From positions 3,775 through 67,774 of the forward strand of contig MGFG01000032.1 of NCBI GenBank assembly GCA_001791745.1: a stretch of DNA of 64,000 nucleotides, read 5' to 3'. The position numbers and the translations under genes were made by a program. Under the pieces are notes generated by a model that saw only the letters and a program-made list of their open reading frames with translations, searched no databases and was not told the DNA's origin. This document shows positions 19,040 through 28,493 of the stretch, piece after piece; positions within the stretch are counted from its first letter, which is position 1, and every line of letters starts with the position of its first letter. The stretch comes from Candidatus Uhrbacteria bacterium RIFOXYC2_FULL_47_19. GTDB taxonomy: Bacteria; Patescibacteriota; Patescibacteriia; SG8-24.

Positions 19040-20353
19040 TTATTGGCCGATACTTTCTTGACCTCCCATAAGTGGAATTAGGATCTTTGGAATTGCTATC
19101 TTTCCGTTGGATTGCTGATTATTCTCCATTATTGCTACCAATATTCGACCCATAGCTAAGGCTGTAGCATCATTCATGTGTACGTATTGAACACTACCGT
19201 CATTTCTTTTTACTCGCGTAGATAATCGTCTAGCTTGGTAATCAGTCATAAGGTCGGCTGAGTGTGTCTCACGATACTTTTCCTGTCCCGGCATCCAGCA
19301 CTCCATGTCTATTTGTCGTGCATCAGGTTTACCCATGTCTCCAGTACAGACATTCATAACTCGATATGGAATCTCTAGGTCACGTAGGAAGTATTCTTGA
19401 ATGGCTACCAATAAATCCTGTTCTTTTCGTGATTGCTCTGGTAGACAGAAAGTTTCCATTTCAATTTTATCGAACTGGTGCTGACGGATGATACCGCGAG
19501 TATCCTTGCCATAGGAACCGGCTTCTCGTCGGAAGGCTGCAGTGTAGGCCACATAACGAAGAGGTAGATCAGCTTCTTTGAGCAGCTGATCCATGTGTAG
19601 TGGCCCCAGAGTATGTTCAGCACTGCCGATTAAGTAAAGATCATCAGATTCAATGTGATAGCGTTCGTCACGTGGTTCTAGACGATCCATACGTCCAAAA
19701 GCCTCAGGGCGGATCATGAGTGGTGGTACAACCGGTATAAATGGCGTATCTGGTAAATCAAGACCTGTCTCAGTAATAATTCGACCGATCTCCTTTCGGC
19801 TAGTGAGGAGGTTCAGTGCATACTGCAATAGAGCAAACTGCATTCTGGCCAAGTCACCCATAATGTAGGCAAAGCGACTACCAGTGACTTCAGCTGCCCG
19901 TTGGGAATTTAGTAGTCCTAAAGTTTCGCCAAGTTCAGTATGATCCTTGATTTCGAAGTCGAATTTTTTTGGTTCACCCCAAGATCGCAATATTTCATTG
20001 CCGGATTCGTCCGCACCAACTGGTACATCTTCCAGTGGAACATTAGGTAAATCTAGAAGTAGTGCGTTAAATTCTTGCTGGATAGGCTCCAATAATTCTT
20101 CGGCTTCTTTCAGTCCATCTTTAAGCTCACGCATCCTTTCGATTGCCGCTTGCTTTATCTTTGGATCAGACTCTTTGGCAATATCTTCGCTAGTACGGTT
20201 TTGCTCACTCCTTCGGCCCTCAATATCTGTTATTAGTTGCCGTCTTTTTTCGTCAAGAGTAAGCAGCTGGTCGAGGTCGACCTTAACATTCTTATTTTTG
20301 ATGGCCGCCCGAATTTTTGGCTGATTTTCTCTAATGTAGTTTATGTCTAACAT
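19040..20353 (-). CDS. serS: Serine--tRNA ligase
   Basis: MLDINYIRE start, coiled-coil arm, GSAEH, FRREAGSYGKDTRGIIRQHQF (motif 2), YQARRL. Confidence 0.97.
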   Translation of the reverse strand: MLDINYIRENQPKIRAAIKNKNVKVDLDQLLTLDEKRRQLITDIEGRRSEQNRTSEDIAKESDPKIKQAAIERMRELKDGLKEAEELLEPIQQEFNALLLDLPNVPLEDVPVGADESGNEILRSWGEPKKFDFEIKDHTELGETLGLLNSQRAAEVTGSRFAYIMGDLARMQFALLQYALNLLTSRKEIGRIITETGLDLPDTPFIPVVPPLMIRPEAFGRMDRLEPRDERYHIESDDLYLIGSAEHTLGPLHMDQLLKEADLPLRYVAYTAAFRREAGSYGKDTRGIIRQHQFDKIEMETFCLPEQSRKEQDLLVAIQEYFLRDLEIPYRVMNVCTGDMGKPDARQIDMECWMPGQEKYRETHSADLMTDYQARRLSTRVKRNDGSVQYVHMNDATALAMGRILVAIMENNQQSNGKIAIPKILIPLMGGQESIGQ

Positions 20354-20476
20354 ATGGGGTGTTTTAGCTCGGTAAATACCCGAGTAATGATGCCATCTGC
20401 GGCACCGAGCCGCAAGAAATCGGTTTTTGGGATGAATGGTTTGTAAATTTGTAGTTTTTGCTTAGATGATACATTT

Positions 20477-20540
20477 AAGAAAAGAAAATCCCCCTTACGG
20501 GGGTTTACTTCGGATTTTTGGCAGTCCAAAGTCACCCCCG
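20477..20540 (-). terminator. Attenuator: intrinsic terminator overlapping an antiterminator upstream of serS
   Basis: mRNA CCCCC-GUAA-GGGGG-AUUUUCUUUUCUU (20503-20477); CGGGGGU (20540-20534) can instead pair with ACCCCCG (20504-20498). Confidence 0.8.
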
Positions 20541-20541
20541 A

Positions 20542-20592
20542 TTAGACTGAGGATGACGACGAGTTAAAGGTATTATTACTTTGATTATTCAT
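20542..20592 (-). CDS. Putative serine-rich leader peptide MNNQSNNTFNSSSSSV
   Basis: ATG...TCG TCG TCA TCC TCA GTC TAA; GAAGGT SD-like sequence upstream; stop lies 1 nt before the antiterminator arm; upstream of serS. Confidence 0.75.
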   Translation of the reverse strand: MNNQSNNTFNSSSSSV

Positions 20593-20620
20593 GTTTTTAA
20601 TCTACCTTCGATGACTTAGA

Positions 20621-21079
20621 CTAGTCAAGTAATCGTCGTCTAAGAATCGAACTAGAGAGTTCTTTACCATTACGCCTTGGTAGTTTGATGATTTTAGGTG
20701 TTTGAGGCAATGCGCTTATCTGTTGTTGTATCTCTGGCCGATCGGTGGATTGATCAAAACCTAGGCAGATGATGTTTGGTTGGTAACGGGTAATAATGGA
20801 CCATTCTCCTGGTGCATCTCCAGGTACAGCTTCATCAACCGATTTGAGAGCGCGAATTAGTTCTAGTCTTTCCTCTAGCGAGAGTACCGGTCGTCGGCCC
20901 TTCGAGTTTTCGGCTCGGTCATCGCGGCAGACAACCACGACTAGGTGGTCACCATATCTCCTAGCCTGTTCGAGAAAGAAGATGTGACCGGGATGTAGTA
21001 AATCAAAAACACCGAACACCAAAACAGTTTTTAGCCGTTCGACATTCGATGTTTTTGGATGAAGGTTTACTGGGGTCAT
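20621..21079 (-). CDS. Cytidylyltransferase-family nucleotidyltransferase (RibL FAD synthetase/TagD-like)
   Basis: FGVFDLLHPGH (HxGH), LGFDQ, LSSS. Confidence 0.88.
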   Translation of the reverse strand: MTPVNLHPKTSNVERLKTVLVFGVFDLLHPGHIFFLEQARRYGDHLVVVVCRDDRAENSKGRRPVLSLEERLELIRALKSVDEAVPGDAPGEWSIITRYQPNIICLGFDQSTDRPEIQQQISALPQTPKIIKLPRRNGKELSSSILRRRLLD

Positions 21080-21111
21080 GGTAGCTGTGGATCGTCTCTG
21101 GCTTTTTAAGA

Positions 21112-22623
21112 CTAGGACGACTCCCCTCCTCCAGATTTTTCATCTTGGTCATCTTCTGGGCGCATGGTTGGGAACAGTATTACCTCCTTGAGACTATGTG
21201 AGCCGGTTAGAATAGCGGCTAGACGGTCGATACCCATACCAAAACCGGCCGTTGGTGGCAATCCCGTTTCCAGTGCTTCAATGAAGTCTTCGTCCATTCG
21301 TTGAGCTTCATCATTACCGTCCTTGCGGAGGTTTTCTTCTTCAAGAAAACGATTCCTTTGATCTATCGGGTCATTGAGCTCCGAATAAGCATTGCAAAGT
21401 TCGCTACCGCGCCCTAACACCAGGTGAAAGCGTTCAGTATATCGTTCGTCTGAGGATAGTTTTTTGGCCAATGGAGACAGTTCGATCGGATCGTTGATGA
21501 CGAACGTTGGATTAACAATATGGGGTCGGACAAACTTTTTATAAATGTTGTCCATTATATCTCCACGACCATGCGAGCTCTCGACTTTAACCCCAGCTTC
21601 TTCCGCTGCCTTAGCTAATGAAGCGCGATCCGTGAAAATCTGAATGTCTGGACCACCACGTTCCACGATGGCCTCTCTGAAGCTAATCCGTGGGTAAGGT
21701 GGAGTGAAGTCAATCGTTTCGTCGTCAAACTCGACTTGCAGCGATCCATTAACTTCTTGGGCTATTTTTGGCATCAGCCTTTCAGTTAGGTCCATCAGGT
21801 CGTTGTAGTCGGCGTAGGCCTGGTAAAACTCGACCTGGGTAAACTCCGGGTTATGCAGGTGATCAATGCCCTCATTACGAAAGCAACGGGCGATTTCGAA
21901 GACTTTCTCCATTCCACCGACAACCAATCGTTTTAGATAGAGTTCTGGCGCTACACGGAGGAATAGATCAATATCTAGGGCATTGTGGTGGGTGACAAAT
22001 GGACGGGCTGTAGCTCCACCGGCCAGTGGTTGCAAGATTGGCGTTTCAACCTCAATGAAACCCTCAGACTGAAAGAAGTCCCGAATCGTTTTGACTATCA
22101 GACTACGCTTCAGGAAGTTATTTTTTACTTCTGGATTGGATATCAAGTCAAGATATCTTTTTCGATAGCGGATTTCGGTGTCAGTTAGACCGTGCCATTT
22201 ATCAGGCAATGGTCTTAGTGATTTACTAAGCATTACCACCTCTTGACTCTCAATACTTTTTTCTCCACGGCGAGTCGTAAACACTTTGCCAGTCACTTGA
22301 GCAAAGTCACCCAAGTCGAAGTCACTCTCAAAGAGGTCGTAGGCTGAAGCTCCGACTACATCTTGACGTAGATGTATCTGAATTCTGCCCGAACTATCCT
22401 CTAGATCGAAGAAACTAGCTCCTCCATGTCCTCGTTTAGCTCTGATCCTGCCAGCTACGGTCAGCCTTTCACTTGATTTTTCTAATAATTCGAAGTCAGC
22501 TAGAACCTTACTAATCAAATGTGTTCGTTGTGATCCAGATGGATATGGATCGACGCCATTTTCGATTAGATGATGCAGTTTTTCTAATCGGACGACCGAT
22601 TCGTCGTTGGGCAAACTCGTCAT
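21112..22623 (-). CDS. lysS: Lysine--tRNA ligase (class II)
   Basis: OB fold, [40 protein letters not shown]. Confidence 0.98.
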   Translation of the reverse strand: MTSLPNDESVVRLEKLHHLIENGVDPYPSGSQRTHLISKVLADFELLEKSSERLTVAGRIRAKRGHGGASFFDLEDSSGRIQIHLRQDVVGASAYDLFESDFDLGDFAQVTGKVFTTRRGEKSIESQEVVMLSKSLRPLPDKWHGLTDTEIRYRKRYLDLISNPEVKNNFLKRSLIVKTIRDFFQSEGFIEVETPILQPLAGGATARPFVTHHNALDIDLFLRVAPELYLKRLVVGGMEKVFEIARCFRNEGIDHLHNPEFTQVEFYQAYADYNDLMDLTERLMPKIAQEVNGSLQVEFDDETIDFTPPYPRISFREAIVERGGPDIQIFTDRASLAKAAEEAGVKVESSHGRGDIMDNIYKKFVRPHIVNPTFVINDPIELSPLAKKLSSDERYTERFHLVLGRGSELCNAYSELNDPIDQRNRFLEEENLRKDGNDEAQRMDEDFIEALETGLPPTAGFGMGIDRLAAILTGSHSLKEVILFPTMRPEDDQDEKSGGGESS

Positions 22624-22634
22624 ATGCTTGTTGG

Positions 22635-23096
22635 TCAGCTGATTTCAATGACAGTATAAGTCAGTTCGCCGGCAGGTACTTTTACAGTGACATTATCGCC
22701 GACTTTTTTGCCGATTAATTCTTGTCCTAATGGTGATTCATTAGAGATGATACCACGACTTGGTTCTGCCTCAGTGGCACCTACTATTATGATTGATTTT
22801 TCTTTGCTGTTGCTACTAAGTTTAACACTGGAGCCGATACCAATCGTTGTACTGTCACCTTTTTCTACGATTTGGGAACGTGCAATCTGATCTTCAATAC
22901 GACGAATGCGTCCCATAACCATGCTCATTTCATCCCTAGCATCGTGATACTCAAAGTTTTCTTTTAGGTCACCCATTTCTTTGGCTCGACCGATACGTTC
23001 GGATAACTCCTTTTGTTTGGTGCTTTTTAGAAACTCAAGCTCTTTTTTTAGCTTAAGTAGTCCTTCTTTAGAAATGAAGACCGTCTGGTTCTGCAT
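22635..23096 (-). CDS. greA: Transcription elongation factor GreA
   Basis: [17 protein letters not shown]; promoter TTGACA-17-TATTCT upstream. Confidence 0.96.
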   Translation of the reverse strand: MQNQTVFISKEGLLKLKKELEFLKSTKQKELSERIGRAKEMGDLKENFEYHDARDEMSMVMGRIRRIEDQIARSQIVEKGDSTTIGIGSSVKLSSNSKEKSIIIVGATEAEPSRGIISNESPLGQELIGKKVGDNVTVKVPAGELTYTVIEIS

Positions 23097-23187
23097 AGTT
23101 ATCTTGCCTTAACTTTGGTCGCGAACAACATTGAGAATACGGTTGGTTGGCTGGGGTGTCAAGCCTTAAAAACTACACGAAAAGGGT

Positions 23188-25155
23188 TTATTCTTGTCTT
23201 CCAGCAAAAAAGCTCTCAAGAATCTTGCGGGCTACAGGTACTGCTGTACGTGATCCTTCTCCACCTTCTTCGATCATAACAGTGACTACAACCTCTGGTT
23301 GATCATAGGGTGCGAAGGCAGTAAACCAAGCATGATTATCGTGTTGACTACTCCATTGGGCGGTTCCTGTTTTTCCTGCAGCTGACACAGGTAGAAGCGA
23401 AAGTCCGCGGGAACTACCATAAAGAACAGAGTCACGCATTCCCTGACGTACTGCTGCGATGTGCTCTGATGGGACAACTTGACGAGCAATAGGTTCAGGT
23501 GTGAGATTTTGGCGTTGACCATCTCCAGAAATTAGAGCGCGGACAACATGAGGATGTACTAGGTCACCACCATTAGCAAACGTTGCAGTCATAACTGCTA
23601 CTTGCAGTGGTGTAACTAGTAAGTCACCCTGTCCGATTGAAAGATGATAGGTGTCACCAATGAACCATTGTTCGCCTTTCGTCTCTAACTTCCACTCTTC
23701 TGAAGGAAGAAAGCCAGCTCCCTCACTCGGAAGATCGATACCGGTCTTAGATCCAAACCCAAAAAGTCTTGCATATTTTGTTATGCGTTCTGGACCCAGT
23801 CCTTCACCTCCTTCGTATCCACCGCCAATGATGTAGAAGTAAGTATTGACTGACTCAGAGAGTGCTTTGGCTAAGTTGGTTGATCCGTGTCCACCAGCTT
23901 TCCAGTCAGGAAAGAACCATTGTCCGACATAAAAGCCACCAACTGAAAGGAAAGTTGTTTGAGGTGTAACGATCTTTTCGGTTAATGCTGCCGCTGCTAG
24001 TACTGGTTTGAAGACCGAGCCGGAAGGTAGAGAAGCTCCGATTGCTCGCGAGAAAAGTGGTGCGTCTATGTCTTCTGACAATACTGCGTAATCCTCACTC
24101 GAAATTCCACTAGCAAATTGATTATTATCATAAGCTGGCCAGCTCACAAGTGCTAACATCTCACCATTATGTGGGCGCATGATGACAACACTTCCTCGAT
24201 TTAAGCCAGCCGTCTCTAACTCCTGTTGTAATGCATTCTGCGCTGCTTGTTGTAGTTCGGTATCGATAGTTAGGATTAAATTTTGTCCAGCAGAACCTGG
24301 CTCTTCGGCAATCGTCGTTTTACGATGACCTAGTGCGTCGACCTCGACCCGTCTTCGACCGTACTTACCTCGTAACTCAGTCTCGTAACTACGTTCTAAT
24401 CCAGTCCGTCCTATCCGATCAGTGGGGAGAAAGTCACCCGATTCAACATCTTCAGCTGTGACTCCACTCTCGAAACCAATAATGTGCGACATTGATGAGA
24501 TTTCTGTTGCTTGTGGATATTCACGCTTGGTTCCACGTAACAATTGTACCCCCATCCAGCGCGAGGACATGATTTCAACTAGAATGGCTTGTTCATGGTT
24601 GATATCTTCAGCTATTGGTACAGCAACCGAATCTAAACTATTAGCATAAATCAGTTTTTCCTCGATATCGCGTGGTGTCAATTCAACTATTTCAGCAAGT
24701 CGTCCGAGCACCAAACGTCTATCTGCTTCGTTCGTTGGGAGGTCAGAGGGAATTACCGTTGCTGTAAATTTGGGCATGTTCTGAACTAAAATTAAGTCAT
24801 TACGGTCAAAAACAACCCCTCTTTCAGCTGGTATTCGTTCAATACGACTACGGTTTCCTTCAGCTAACGCAGCAAATTGCGCTCGTTTTATGATTTGTAT
24901 TTGTCCACATCTGATCAATACTACAATTAGACCGACCAACAGAATCAACCAAATTGGTAGTAATTTGTCCGTCCCTACTGAAGTACCAATACGTCTATTC
25001 TTCTCATTTTCTGGAGCACTTCGTCCTCCCCAGTCAGCCAAAGTATCGTCAACAAAAATTAATCCTTCATCAGTAATCACTGATCCGATTTTTTCATTAA
25101 GACTTATCGGAAATGCAGAGATGTCATCCGGAATACTGTTTTCATCTAACTTCAT
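23188..25155 (-). CDS. mrdA: Penicillin-binding protein 2
   Basis: PSGSVFKP (SxxK), ESVN (SxN), GKTGTAQ (KTG); follows mreBCD. Confidence 0.93.
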   Translation of the reverse strand: MKLDENSIPDDISAFPISLNEKIGSVITDEGLIFVDDTLADWGGRSAPENEKNRRIGTSVGTDKLLPIWLILLVGLIVVLIRCGQIQIIKRAQFAALAEGNRSRIERIPAERGVVFDRNDLILVQNMPKFTATVIPSDLPTNEADRRLVLGRLAEIVELTPRDIEEKLIYANSLDSVAVPIAEDINHEQAILVEIMSSRWMGVQLLRGTKREYPQATEISSMSHIIGFESGVTAEDVESGDFLPTDRIGRTGLERSYETELRGKYGRRRVEVDALGHRKTTIAEEPGSAGQNLILTIDTELQQAAQNALQQELETAGLNRGSVVIMRPHNGEMLALVSWPAYDNNQFASGISSEDYAVLSEDIDAPLFSRAIGASLPSGSVFKPVLAAAALTEKIVTPQTTFLSVGGFYVGQWFFPDWKAGGHGSTNLAKALSESVNTYFYIIGGGYEGGEGLGPERITKYARLFGFGSKTGIDLPSEGAGFLPSEEWKLETKGEQWFIGDTYHLSIGQGDLLVTPLQVAVMTATFANGGDLVHPHVVRALISGDGQRQNLTPEPIARQVVPSEHIAAVRQGMRDSVLYGSSRGLSLLPVSAAGKTGTAQWSSQHDNHAWFTAFAPYDQPEVVVTVMIEEGGEGSRTAVPVARKILESFFAGRQE

Positions 25156-25694
25156 AGTCTGTCGAATTCAGAGGTGATCAGAACTAGTTTTCTGAGTTTG
25201 CTACCAGTTTTGGTTACCAACCATCTCATCATTAACACCACTCCGCATTGAATTGGTAAGGCCAGAGCGACATAACCTGCAGCTAGGACTGAAGCTGGAT
25301 GCAGGAATGGACCGCCAGAAATTGCTCTGGCTATTGCTTCGATTATAAATGTCATTGTATAAAAAAGAAGAAAAGACACTGCGTTTGTACCGACACTAGA
25401 AACGGCAGTCCGATGACTGACAAATCTTGTAACTAGGAACGACACAATTATCACAGTAAACAATAAGGCAAATGTATAGGTTCCTATCTGGCGAGAAATT
25501 AAAGAATCACCAACTAACCCAGCTACGATAGCTAAAAAAAAGGCCAATCGAAAACGGAAGGATAAGGTCAGACCAATGATTATTATTAATACTGGGTTTA
25601 TGATGGCTAATGACGTTGGTAATGAAGATAAGGTAGTCGCTTGGAACAGTGCCAGAACAAAAATTAAGACCGTAAACAACAGAGATTTTTTCAT
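25152..25694 (-). CDS. mreD: Rod shape-determining protein MreD (putative)
   Basis: Five-TM protein between mreC and mrdA, AGLVGD motif. Confidence 0.7.
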   Translation of the reverse strand: MKKSLLFTVLIFVLALFQATTLSSLPTSLAIINPVLIIIIGLTLSFRFRLAFFLAIVAGLVGDSLISRQIGTYTFALLFTVIIVSFLVTRFVSHRTAVSSVGTNAVSFLLFYTMTFIIEAIARAISGGPFLHPASVLAAGYVALALPIQCGVVLMMRWLVTKTGSKLRKLVLITSEFDRL

Positions 25695-26533
25695 GGTCTT
25701 TCGTCTGATAGTGAATCCAACTTCTGATCTTCATCGATTGAGTTGGGAGTAACATCAGAAATCAAGGTTTGAACCAAAATTGGTCGGGCAGTGCTTTCGA
25801 AAGGTTTGACGATAGCTGTCTGGAAGGGTTCTTGACTATCCTTTTGGACTCTTTCGACAGTGCCAACGATTAGGCCAGCCCTGATTCCTGGCTCTAATCC
25901 AGAGGTTACAACAATATCTCCTGGTGCGATTCGTTCAGCCTGAGGTATTAGAGTTATGGCTAGGCTTATACCACGATCACCCTCTAATACACCCAAGGTA
26001 CCAGAGCCTCCTTGGACAGCTACTGCTAGACGACTTAATGAGTCATTGAGAAATAAAACCGAAGCGGACTTCCGCCAAACATCCTGAATTTTGCCGACTA
26101 TAATTCCATCACCAATCAAAACTGGTTGACCTGGGGCCAGGCCAATGTCATGGCCGCCATCAATTATTAATCCAGAAAAGGTGGGGTCGACCGACTGAGA
26201 TAGCACTCTGGTCATGACCAGATGTCCAGACTCTCTATCTCTGAAGTCTAGTGCAGTTTTTAAAGCGGCGTTTTCTGATACTAGACTGCGCAGTCTAGAG
26301 TTTTCTAATTTTAAAGTTTCTATTTCTACGGCTATTTCATTACAGTTTCCATTATCATTAGCCTCTGGCTGAACTATAGATGAAATGCGATGCATTGGTG
26401 CAGCGATTCCATGTAGCAAAAAAACTCCAGCGTCGGATAGTGCGGATAAAACACCTAAGAGTTTGAGAGCTACGAGTATTGTAGCCATGATTACAGCTAC
26501 GGCCGCAACTCGTTGTATTTTTTCCGGTCGCAT
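25691..26533 (-). CDS. mreC: Rod shape-determining protein MreC
   Basis: TM, coiled coil ENxxLK, IDGG, GDIVVTSGL; downstream of mreB. Confidence 0.92.
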   Translation of the reverse strand: MRPEKIQRVAAVAVIMATILVALKLLGVLSALSDAGVFLLHGIAAPMHRISSIVQPEANDNGNCNEIAVEIETLKLENSRLRSLVSENAALKTALDFRDRESGHLVMTRVLSQSVDPTFSGLIIDGGHDIGLAPGQPVLIGDGIIVGKIQDVWRKSASVLFLNDSLSRLAVAVQGGSGTLGVLEGDRGISLAITLIPQAERIAPGDIVVTSGLEPGIRAGLIVGTVERVQKDSQEPFQTAIVKPFESTARPILVQTLISDVTPNSIDEDQKLDSLSDERP

Positions 26534-26598
26534 TATTCTGCAGTTATCTTTATAGAGCGCAGTCGACCGATATTTTATTACAGAAGAATTGTAATCTG

Positions 26599-27669
26599 CT
26601 ATCTGAAGGCAGTGTAGGCCTCCTTCTGAGTTTCTTGAGACGAGGGCAATGCTACTGTTTGTAAAAGGTTTCTATCTTCGAGGAGCATGCCAGTACCTCG
26701 AACTACGCAAGTTAGTGGATCGTCGGTGATACGGACTGGGACTTCAGCCGCTCGTGAGATGACTGCATCCATCCCACGTAGCAGTGCTCCTCCACCAGTC
26801 ATAACGATTCCTCGTTCGTAAATATCTGCTACTAATTCAGGTGGTGTGCTCTCTAGAGCGATTTTTACACTGTCGACGATAGTCTTAACTGATCGGCTTA
26901 ATGCTTGTCGTATTTGAGAATCGTTGACAATAATTTCTTTAGGTAGACCAGTAATCATGTCACGACCACGCATTTCAATCTCTAATGGTTCTTCTGGTTC
27001 GGCAGCTGTACCAACACGGATTTTGATATCTTCAGCTACGCGTTCGCCTAGGAGTAGGTTAAAAGTCTCGCGTGCGTATTTGATAATGTTTCTAGTCATT
27101 TCGTCTCCAGCCACTCGTAACGACTTCCAAGTTACTACGCCACCAAGTGAGATTATTGCGATTTCCGTCATTCCACCACCAATGTCGACTATCATATTTC
27201 CGACGGGTTCGGTGATCGGTAGACGTGAACCAATCGCTGCCGCCATAGGTTCTTCGACCAGGTAAACTTCACGAGAGCCGGCGTTAAGAGCAGCGTCTTC
27301 AACAGCTTTTCGTTCTACTTCAGTTAGATCGAGTGGTACGCTAACCACAACTCGCGGACGTGGCATGAAGAAGAAACTGTCACGATGAACGCGTTCGATA
27401 AAAAATTTTAGCATTTTTTCGGTGACCTCGAAGTCAGAAATAATCCCTGACACCAGTGGTTTGACGGTGCTAATATGGGCTGGTGTCTTACCGATCATGT
27501 CTTTAGCATTCCGACCGACAGCTACAATCTGTCCGGTTCGGATGTTTAGGGCAACAACCGATGGTTCGTTGATCACAATCCCCTTGTCTCGGCAGTAGAC
27601 CAGAGTATTTGAAGTACCCAAATCAATGCCTAAATCCTTTGAAAATTTGCCCAGGTAGTTCTTGAACAT
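26599..27669 (-). CDS. mreB: Rod shape-determining protein MreB
   Basis: GIDLGTSNT, EPMAAAIG, DIGGG, TGGGALL; promoter TTGTAC-17-TATACT upstream. Confidence 0.97.
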   Translation of the reverse strand: MFKNYLGKFSKDLGIDLGTSNTLVYCRDKGIVINEPSVVALNIRTGQIVAVGRNAKDMIGKTPAHISTVKPLVSGIISDFEVTEKMLKFFIERVHRDSFFFMPRPRVVVSVPLDLTEVERKAVEDAALNAGSREVYLVEEPMAAAIGSRLPITEPVGNMIVDIGGGMTEIAIISLGGVVTWKSLRVAGDEMTRNIIKYARETFNLLLGERVAEDIKIRVGTAAEPEEPLEIEMRGRDMITGLPKEIIVNDSQIRQALSRSVKTIVDSVKIALESTPPELVADIYERGIVMTGGGALLRGMDAVISRAAEVPVRITDDPLTCVVRGTGMLLEDRNLLQTVALPSSQETQKEAYTAFR

Positions 27670-27775
27670 CTTTGTTGTTCATCAATGATAGTGCCTTGCA
27701 AAGGCAGGCCCAGTATACACAGGGTGTTACCTTAGTACAATAACAAAAAGAGCGTTTTTGGACGCCCCTTAAATC

Positions 27776-28159
27776 CTAAGGTCGACCACTGGCTGAGATA
27801 AAGAAGGATTCAAGGGCGGTAGCCGCTCCTACGATGAGTAGCGCATTCCACCAAGTAAGGACGTCGTGACTCCGTAAAAAGAGAGCAAAGACCAAAATTA
27901 AGGCTAATATGAAGGCCTGGCGAAAAGAAACTGCCACTTGTCTTGAGAGTTGTTCTCGTTTTCCTAAGGTGGTCACCCTAGTGACAAATCCGATTAAAGA
28001 GAAGGTTCCAGTCAAAGCCAAAAGGAGACTGATATAGAAAATTGCAAAAACCGCTGGACGAGAGACAGTTGGGTCAATCATTGTGACCATTAATCCGACA
28101 GCACCCCAAGACAAGGCAGTGCCTACGGCCATCATGATTAGGTATTGGCGTAGGGTCAT
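27776..28159 (-). CDS. Four-TM hypothetical membrane protein
   Basis: Four hydrophobic segments, IDP and SFRQA; TGGTATGAT extended -10 upstream. Confidence 0.75.
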   Translation of the reverse strand: MTLRQYLIMMAVGTALSWGAVGLMVTMIDPTVSRPAVFAIFYISLLLALTGTFSLIGFVTRVTTLGKREQLSRQVAVSFRQAFILALILVFALFLRSHDVLTWWNALLIVGAATALESFFISASGRP

Positions 28160-28195
28160 AACTAACTCAACATGTGACTATCATACCACTGAGTT

Positions 28196-28489
28196 TCAAG
28201 TCACGGCCACTAGTTGCTTAACAACATCAGATTCTAGGTGGTGATTAATCTCCTCAATTAGTTCATTGGCGACTAGACGGATATCTTCGGCTAGTACTGA
28301 TGTGCCACAGACTAGCGTCACCTTTCCATCTTTAAAACGGCGAACAATCAACTGATCAGTTTTTGAACCAAACCTTTCTTTTATTACCAATAAGGTGGTA
28401 TTAGCCACGATGGCCGCTCGGACTTTACCAGCAGCACCAGCCCGTTGGAGTGAACCGCTCATCAAGTTATCCAGTTTTTCGAAAGGCAT
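28196..28489 (-). CDS. DciA/DUF721-like protein (likely start MPFEKL)
   Basis: ~97 aa; FKDGKVTLVCGTSVLAEDIRL...LIEEIN pattern resembles DUF721; starts 4 nt after the helicase stop. Confidence 0.6.
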   Translation of the reverse strand: MPFEKLDNLMSGSLQRAGAAGKVRAAIVANTTLLVIKERFGSKTDQLIVRRFKDGKVTLVCGTSVLAEDIRLVANELIEEINHHLESDVVKQLVAVT

Positions 28490-28493
28490 GGAC

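Noticed and set aside
20347-20535. 62-aa ORF upstream of serS
   Set aside because: GTG start without an SD and it spans the terminator; the attenuator explains the region better.
20231-20592. T-box riboswitch controlling serS
   Set aside because: No GGUGG(N)ACC T-box sequence or specifier stem is visible upstream of serS.
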